Below are positions 7,177 to 11,766 of a stretch of 11,766 nucleotides of DNA, piece by piece (the first letter of the stretch is position 1; each line of letters starts with the position of its first letter). The translations under genes were made by a program, and so were the position numbers. Origin of the DNA: Armatimonadota bacterium (lineage in GTDB: Bacteria > Armatimonadota > Armatimonadia > Armatimonadales > Armatimonadaceae); contig JAYUUO010000149.1 of the NCBI GenBank assembly GCA_043754515.1, forward strand, positions 1-11,766. The letters are read 5' to 3'. The notes below the pieces were generated by a model. The model made no database searches. It was given only the letters and a program-made list of their open reading frames with translations, and was not told the origin of the DNA.

Positions 7177-7896
7177 GGCCAGCCTTTTTTTAGGAACCGC
7201 TTCAAGGTGGGCAGACTGAACTCCTTGTTCAGCTCGCCTTGCAACTCTTCTCTCGCCATCCGCAACCGCTGACAATTATCTCCGGCCGCCTTTTTGACGG
7301 CGGGCAGGTCGCCGTCCTGCCGCAGTATCGGCTTGCGACCGCGCCCTTTGGCGACCGCCAAGCCTTCGATCCCTTGCTCGGCGAAGCGGACCATCCAGTC
7401 GTTGATGGACATTTCGCAGCAGCTGAGTTCGTCGGCGACGTCCACCGAGGTTCGTCGCTCGCATTTGAGCAGGATGGCCTGACAGCGCATCCGGTAGGAG
7501 GGCGTGCGGCCGTACTTCATCCCTTTGACAAGTGCCGCTTTTTGTATGTCCGTGGCGGTCACGGTTTTGATGCGTGGCATAGTGCATACAGTCTAACACA
7601 TTTCTACGCAAGTGCTTATCTACTTTAGACACAAATTAAATGACATCAGAGAGATTCAAAACACTACGCGCGACGCTCGTTCTAGATACTTGTGCCAAGA
7701 TTTATTTTTCCAGATTAAGTAAGCCACAATTTTTCGCTTGGCGAAATTAGGATAATCATTCAGACCACTGGGTTATCGTGTCAAACCAACAACTCCACTC
7801 TGGCATAGCCCAATTCAGGTGATAACTTTTTCCCGTTAAGTCCACCACCTGTTCTTTGGTGTGCTTAAAATCATTAGAAATAGCGAACCTACCGGA

Positions 7897-7938
7897 GGGG
7901 GCAGGGGAACGCACTGACCGGTGCATTCCCTTGCCCCC
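7897..7938 (-). terminator. Long hairpin downstream of the integrase (possible terminator or repeat element)
   Basis: GGGGGCAGGGGAACGCAC-TGACCG-GTGCATTCCCTTGCCCCC: an 18-bp stem with two non-Watson-Crick positions, 23 nt after the integrase stop. No U-tract. Confidence 0.5.
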
Positions 7939-7961
7939 GATGTACCTATTACGATTAACAG

Positions 7962-8966
7962 CTATATCAATTTCTTGCGCCTCTCCTTTTTGCCCATCAC
8001 GATCCCTTTGACGATTCCGACTTCGGCGTGCATGTCGCGTATGAAGTCGGCGTCGAGTTTTGTATACATGAGTGTTGTCTTCGTTTCGCGGTGGCCTGCG
8101 ATCTGTTGTGCCGCAAGAAGGTTGTGCTTGGCGAGTCGGTTCAGGCTGAATCGGCGTAAGCCGTGGAGTGTAATTTCGTCGGACAGTTTCGCCCAGCGGA
8201 TTATTCGCTTCGTGGACTTGAAGAAAATACCCTCCCCGATTCGCCCTCCATACTTGCTAACAAAAAGCCAGCCTTCGTCTTCTCCTGCTGAGACGTCTGA
8301 CATGAGCCGTTTACGGATTTTTAGCCACTCGTCCAGCGCGTCCAGCCACTCCTCACTAACCGGCAGTGTGCGAGGGCGTTTACCCTTCGCCTCTCGGATG
8401 AGTATCTGCCGGTCACTGTGCTGTACGTCGCCCACTTTCCGATTAAGCATTTCCCCGATGCGACATGCGCTGTCGAGTAGTCCGAGTAGAATCGCATAAG
8501 CGCGGTCGCGGTGGAAAATACGTTTCGTGATCGGATAAAACCGCACGGCCGGATTCTTTATCAGATTCCAGTGGTCACGCACTGCCTGCAGAAGATTTAG
8601 AACTTCTTCCTCCGAAGGCATATACCTTGCTGGTTCGGGGGTGTTCATGACCTTGTATTCCGCGAGAGGTGAGCGGTCGAGAATATCGTTACGACTACAC
8701 CAACGGAAGAATGCTTTGGCGGCAACCGCGTCGTGTTTGACAGTGGTTAGCGATTTACCTCCCTGTTGCCGGAACACGAGATACCTATCGAGATGCCGCT
8801 TGCCAAACTCGCCAAATCGAATCAGGCTTTCGTCCGTCCACAGCAAGAGTTGCCGCAACTGGACGTCATAAAAGCGCACTGTCTTTTGTGTGCGGGTCGC
8901 TTGGACGTGGAGAAGATACTCCTTGACTGCCTCGTCCCAGGTCGTTTCGGTGGAAACTGATGCCAT
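7962..8966 (-). CDS. Tyrosine recombinase/integrase (XerC/D-like, 334 aa)
   Basis: Catalytic set R (CRIGE), K (AKGKRPR), HxxR (HGLRR), H...Y (AGHRETKTTLMY). N-terminal SAM-like domain. ATG 8966 preceded by AAAGGGG. Located immediately 3' of a tRNA. Confidence 0.92.
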   Translation of the reverse strand: MASVSTETTWDEAVKEYLLHVQATRTQKTVRFYDVQLRQLLLWTDESLIRFGEFGKRHLDRYLVFRQQGGKSLTTVKHDAVAAKAFFRWCSRNDILDRSPLAEYKVMNTPEPARYMPSEEEVLNLLQAVRDHWNLIKNPAVRFYPITKRIFHRDRAYAILLGLLDSACRIGEMLNRKVGDVQHSDRQILIREAKGKRPRTLPVSEEWLDALDEWLKIRKRLMSDVSAGEDEGWLFVSKYGGRIGEGIFFKSTKRIIRWAKLSDEITLHGLRRFSLNRLAKHNLLAAQQIAGHRETKTTLMYTKLDADFIRDMHAEVGIVKGIVMGKKERRKKLI

Positions 8967-9045
8967 CTGAGCCCCTTTACTGGTATGTTGCCAACAGGTT
9001 AGCAACAAATATTAACAACAGCAAGAGTCTGAAAATGGCCTAACG

Positions 9046-9082
9046 AAAAAAACGGTTCCTATCTGCTATTGATAGGAACCGT
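9046..9082 (-). terminator. Rho-independent terminator of tRNA-Lys
   Basis: 12-bp perfect stem ACGGTTCCTATC/GATAGGAACCGT followed by a T-run on the minus strand, 7 nt after the tRNA. Confidence 0.85.
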
Positions 9083-9089
9083 CCTTTGA

Positions 9090-9162
<73 letters not shown>

Positions 9163-9195
9163 GCACGCGTCCCTTATCGCCGAAACGCAATGCGA

Positions 9196-9224
9196 ATGAT
9201 ACCGTGATCATTCACCCGGCGCAA
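9196..9224 (-). promoter_or_regulatory. Putative sigma70 promoter of tRNA-Lys
   Basis: TTGCGC-N17-TATCAT with an upstream A-rich tract (AAAATAAAG), 33 nt before the tRNA. Confidence 0.6.
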
Positions 9225-9301
9225 CTTTATTTTTCGGTGCCGAGACGTCGCGGCATCCAGGAGAACCGGGCGGGCACCCGGTCCCCCTATAAACCGGCGT
9301 G

Positions 9302-9625
9302 CTACACGTGCGCGGTGAGCCGCGCCGCGATGTCCTGGCGAGTGCGCTGGCTGGTCAGCACTTCCGCGACCTTACCACCCTTGAAGATGAACAGGGCGGG
9401 GATCGCCGAAATGCCGTAACGCGCGGCAATCTCGCTCTCGCTGTCCACGTCTACCTTGACCACCTTGGCCTTGCCGCTGAGTTGCTCCGCGACCGCGTCT
9501 ACCTCTGGCGAAACCTTGCGGCACGGACCGCACCACGCCGCCCAGAAGTCTACCAGAACCGGGACCTCGGACTGCAATACCACACTATCGAAATCGGCCG
9601 TCGAAACGGCTACCGCGTTACTCAT
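9302..9625 (-). CDS. trxA: Thioredoxin
   Basis: 107 aa, VLVDFWAAWCGPCRK active site, ISAIP cis-Pro motif. ATG 9625 with GGGAGG RBS; the ORF-track extension to 9775 is spurious. Confidence 0.95.
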   Translation of the reverse strand: MSNAVAVSTADFDSVVLQSEVPVLVDFWAAWCGPCRKVSPEVDAVAEQLSGKAKVVKVDVDSESEIAARYGISAIPALFIFKGGKVAEVLTSQRTRQDIAARLTAHV

Positions 9626-9692
9626 AGCTTTACGCCTCCCTTTAACTCGTTCCGCTAGACGCTCCGTGAAGGAACCCCGCGAATATTTCCTC

Positions 9693-10667
9693 TTATATAA
9701 CACCCGAAATGTACCCTTTAGTTCCGCTTTTGTCTCGGGGCGTTTCGGGCGCGGCGGTGGTAGGGGACATGGCACGCGGGGTGGGTGGCGTCACCCGGCG
9801 CGTCAGAGCGGCGCGGATCGCTCCAGCAGCGGTGCCAGTGACCCGGAGCAGGAACACGCGGCGCGCCCATGCGAACCGTGCCGCGAGGAACGCGAGCACA
9901 AACAGCGGGAGCCAGAGCGGGGCGTACACCAGCGCGAAGGCTATGCCGACCGCCGTTCGGGCGAGTAGCTGGTCGCGATGCCACTCCGCCCGCCGTTTGC
10001 CGTTGCCGAACCAGTGCGCGACGCCCTGTCGCGTGGGGGCGGCCGGAGTCACGCCGACCGGTAGCGGCTCGAACAGAGTGACCGTGATCCGCGCCGTATG
10101 CGAGCGTCGCTCCATGTCAGACTGTTGCTGAGTTAGCGACGCGGCATCTACGTCCGCCCGGTAGAGACGCTCCTCGATAAACAGGATGTCGCTCCCGCGC
10201 AGGTTGCGCCGGGAATGGAGTAGCGCGTCGAGGCGCGCCTGGTGCTTGCCGAGTTGCGTGACGCGTCGCCCGAGGTCTTCGTATCCACTCGCCTGCTCCG
10301 TCGTGGCTAGGTTGTCGGCGGACAGTACGCCGACGCCGCGAATCGTCGGTAGCAACTCGGGCAGGCGGTCGGCGGTGACGCGCAGTTCGACGAAGCCATG
10401 CCTGCGCCCCTTTTCACTGACGAACGTCCTGCCCCTGGTGACCTCAGCGCCCAGAACTCCCGCCGCGTCCATCACCTTCTGGCGGGCCGCTACAAAGTTC
10501 GGTACCTTCAGAATGACGGCCCCGCCCCAGGCGGGCATTCGCGCGGTAGCGGGCGGCGAGGCGAGGGCGACCTCCTGCGCGCGGGCGGGGCGCGGGGCAG
10601 GTGACAGCGCGGCGAACGTGATCGCGGCGACGGGCACGAAGCGGTTGAAATAATTACGGAGCGGCAT
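9693..10667 (-). CDS. DUF4349-domain membrane-anchored protein
   Basis: Signal-like N-terminus, VELRVTADRL, coiled-coil (LDALL...DILFIEERL), ARITVTLFEP and a C-terminal TM segment (ALVYAPLWLPLFVLAFL). AAAGGGG RBS spacing favours ATG 10667 over 10673. Confidence 0.78.
   Translation of the reverse strand: MPLRNYFNRFVPVAAITFAALSPAPRPARAQEVALASPPATARMPAWGGAVILKVPNFVAARQKVMDAAGVLGAEVTRGRTFVSEKGRRHGFVELRVTADRLPELLPTIRGVGVLSADNLATTEQASGYEDLGRRVTQLGKHQARLDALLHSRRNLRGSDILFIEERLYRADVDAASLTQQQSDMERRSHTARITVTLFEPLPVGVTPAAPTRQGVAHWFGNGKRRAEWHRDQLLARTAVGIAFALVYAPLWLPLFVLAFLAARFAWARRVFLLRVTGTAAGAIRAALTRRVTPPTPRAMSPTTAAPETPRDKSGTKGYISGVI
9699..9725 (-). promoter_or_regulatory. Possible ECF-sigma promoter for trxA
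   Basis: GGAAC-N19-GTT in a locally AT-rich stretch about 75 nt upstream of the trxA start, inside the tail of the preceding CDS. Confidence 0.35.
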
Positions 10668-10684
10668 CGGCATTCCCCTTTCTT

Positions 10685-10723
10685 ACTACATGTGTAGTAT
10701 AATTATATTACATATGTAGTCAA
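10685..10723 (-). promoter_or_regulatory. Sigma70 promoter overlapped by two TACA-N2-TGTA operator boxes (BlaI/MecI/CopY type)
   Basis: TTGACT (10718-10723)-N16-TATACT (10696-10701). Boxes TACATGTGTA (10687-10696) and TACATATGTA (10709-10718) lie within a near-perfect 36-bp palindrome. Confidence 0.75.
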
Positions 10724-10733
10724 GTACTGGACG

Positions 10734-10764
10734 AAAAAAAGCGGGGTTGTCAGCCCCCCGCTTT
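10734..10764 (-). terminator. Rho-independent terminator of sigH
   Basis: Minus strand AAAGCGGGG...CCCCGC-TTTTTTT, about 45 nt after the sigH stop. Confidence 0.8.
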
Positions 10765-10810
10765 CTAAACCACGCCCGCGCCGCGCGAGGAACCATCGTC
10801 CCCGATTGTG

Positions 10811-11524
10811 CTACGCCGCGATGTCTTCCACCAGCACCCGATGAAACTTGATCTCCGTCAGGTCGGCGTCGCCGACCTGAATCGTGGACACCTTGCGTTT
10901 AATCCGGGCGAGCGCGTTGTCCACCGATTTCGTTTTGCAATGCAGTTCGGCGGCGATCTCGCGGTACGATTTGCCGACCTGATAGCCGGACAGCACTTGC
11001 CACTCGAAGGTGGACAGGGCTTGCAAGAGTGTGTCCTGGAGCACCCGCGTGTCCTCGGAGCGCAACACCATCTCTTCTGGGTCCAGGCTATCGTCGCAGG
11101 TCAGGATGTCGGATAGGTTCCAGTCGGCGGTAGGGTCTTCGGACGGCGATTCGAGCGAGAGCGACTGGTTGAGCGGCATCTGCTTCTGCCGGGTGGCTGT
11201 TTTGATCGCGGTGATGATGTGGCGCTGGATGCAGACCTTAGCGAACGCGGGGAAAGAGATCGCCTTGTCGCACCGGAAGTCAATCACAGCCTGCCAGAGT
11301 CCGATCATCCCCACCTGAAGCAGATCGTCTTTCTCCGCGCCAACCAGAAAGTACGATTTGACTTTGGTCTTCACGAGGTTGCGGTATTTATAGAGCAAGT
11401 ACTCGGCGGCTTGCGACTCGCCGCGCTGGGCGCGCGTCACGACCTCGCGGTCCGGCAGATCAGCGTAGCGGAGCAGTCCCGCGCGGGGCATGTCCATTAT
11501 CGGGCGAAACGACGAGGTGATCAC
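10811..11524 (-). CDS. sigH: RNA polymerase sigma factor SigH (Spo0H family)
   Basis: KYRNLVKTKVKSYFLVGAEKDDLLQVGMIGL, AIKTATRQKQMPLN and GKSYREIA...KSVDNALARIKRK are hallmark Bacillota-type SigH motifs. GTG start with upstream GAGGA; ATG 11497/11491 are alternatives. Confidence 0.9.
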   Translation of the reverse strand: MITSSFRPIMDMPRAGLLRYADLPDREVVTRAQRGESQAAEYLLYKYRNLVKTKVKSYFLVGAEKDDLLQVGMIGLWQAVIDFRCDKAISFPAFAKVCIQRHIITAIKTATRQKQMPLNQSLSLESPSEDPTADWNLSDILTCDDSLDPEEMVLRSEDTRVLQDTLLQALSTFEWQVLSGYQVGKSYREIAAELHCKTKSVDNALARIKRKVSTIQVGDADLTEIKFHRVLVEDIAA

Positions 11525-11766
11525 GACGTGAAGTCCTCACAATTCTTGGTGTAATGATAGGAGAGATGAACGGGACTAGCAGGGCGCGGCGCGGCGAACC
11601 GTCGGGCGGGTCGGATGGGAATAATGAGAGCGTCCTTCCTGTGCATCGTCGTCGGTGCTGATATGTTCAAGCGGGTGATCCTTTACCTGCCGAGCGGAGC
11701 GCGGCACCTTCGAGGGACGCGCTGAACAAACGCCGAACCGGATGATTGGGGAGGTAGAGTGGGTTC

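Larger units (their letters stand above)
6468..7580 (-). pseudogene. IS630 transposase, disrupted by three hairpin insertions
   Basis: orfA ends LKRFLKK at an A7 slippery run. The second frame gives HKRIRR...YGDASG...VVVLDNASVH...FLPP/YSPHLNIVETLWKRLK. In-frame stops lie within the hairpins at ~7151-7176 and 7045-7074, and a frameshift is caused by 6654-6678. Confidence 0.85.
6451..7618 (-). mobile_element. IS630-family insertion sequence (inactivated)
   Basis: HTH orfA plus DDE_3 orfB. Ends TAAGTAATCGTAC (6451) and GCAAGTGCTTA (to 7618) form imperfect IRs bounded by TA. The reconstructed empty site AGA-TA-TCT is palindromic, as expected for a TA-duplicating IS630. Confidence 0.88.
1..9089. 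mobile_element. Genomic island integrated at tRNA-Lys(CTT); distal end probably outside the window
   Basis: Integrase adjacent to the tRNA 3' end, visibly lower-GC cargo (about 1.76-6.45 kb and 7.6-9.05 kb), several IS elements and gene fragments. No second att copy found in the window. Confidence 0.7.

Noticed and set aside
7728..7748. Small hairpin TTTCGC-TTG-GCGAAA resembling the 30-bp element core
   Set aside because: Only a 6-bp stem, and the arms do not match the AATCGC/GCGATT consensus.
7620..7890. Possible small gene or ncRNA between IS630 and the integrase
   Set aside because: Only short open frames without recognisable motifs or a convincing structure.
9260..9286. Hairpin after trxA as a terminator
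   Set aside because: Short stem and no U-tract; plausible but unsupported.
9204..11554. Plus-strand and alternative-frame ORFs overlapping trxA, DUF4349 and sigH (and similar ones over other genes)
   Set aside because: Shadow ORFs typical of high-GC DNA, with no recognisable protein motifs.
11662..11689. Possible SigH autoregulatory promoter (AGGTAAA...GAACAT on the minus strand)
   Set aside because: Mismatches in both boxes and slightly short spacing.

Overview
The window covers the junction between a high-GC core region (about 9.09-11.77 kb) and a genomic island integrated at the 3' end of a tRNA-Lys(CTT). The core genes are all on the minus strand: a SigH-like sigma factor, a DUF4349 protein, trxA and the tRNA. 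Reading away from the tRNA, the island carries a tyrosine integrase, a disrupted IS630, a ~1,095-aa secreted PKD + heparinase II/III-like protein convergent with a beta-helix PEP-CTERM protein, an IS481 remnant, two fused fragments of probable defence genes, and the right end of an IS903-group IS5 element. The most unusual signal is a set of very small (about 22-30 bp) hairpin insertions inside transposase genes. A 30-bp element occurs twice, sense-oriented and in the same codon phase, in two unrelated IS families, and its substitutions preserve the stem. The DUF4349 promoter is overlapped by tandem TACA-N2-TGTA (BlaI/MecI/CopY-type) boxes. Family assignments come from motif recognition only; no searches were run. 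SigH plus PEP-CTERM plus high GC suggests an Armatimonadota-like host, which is an inference.
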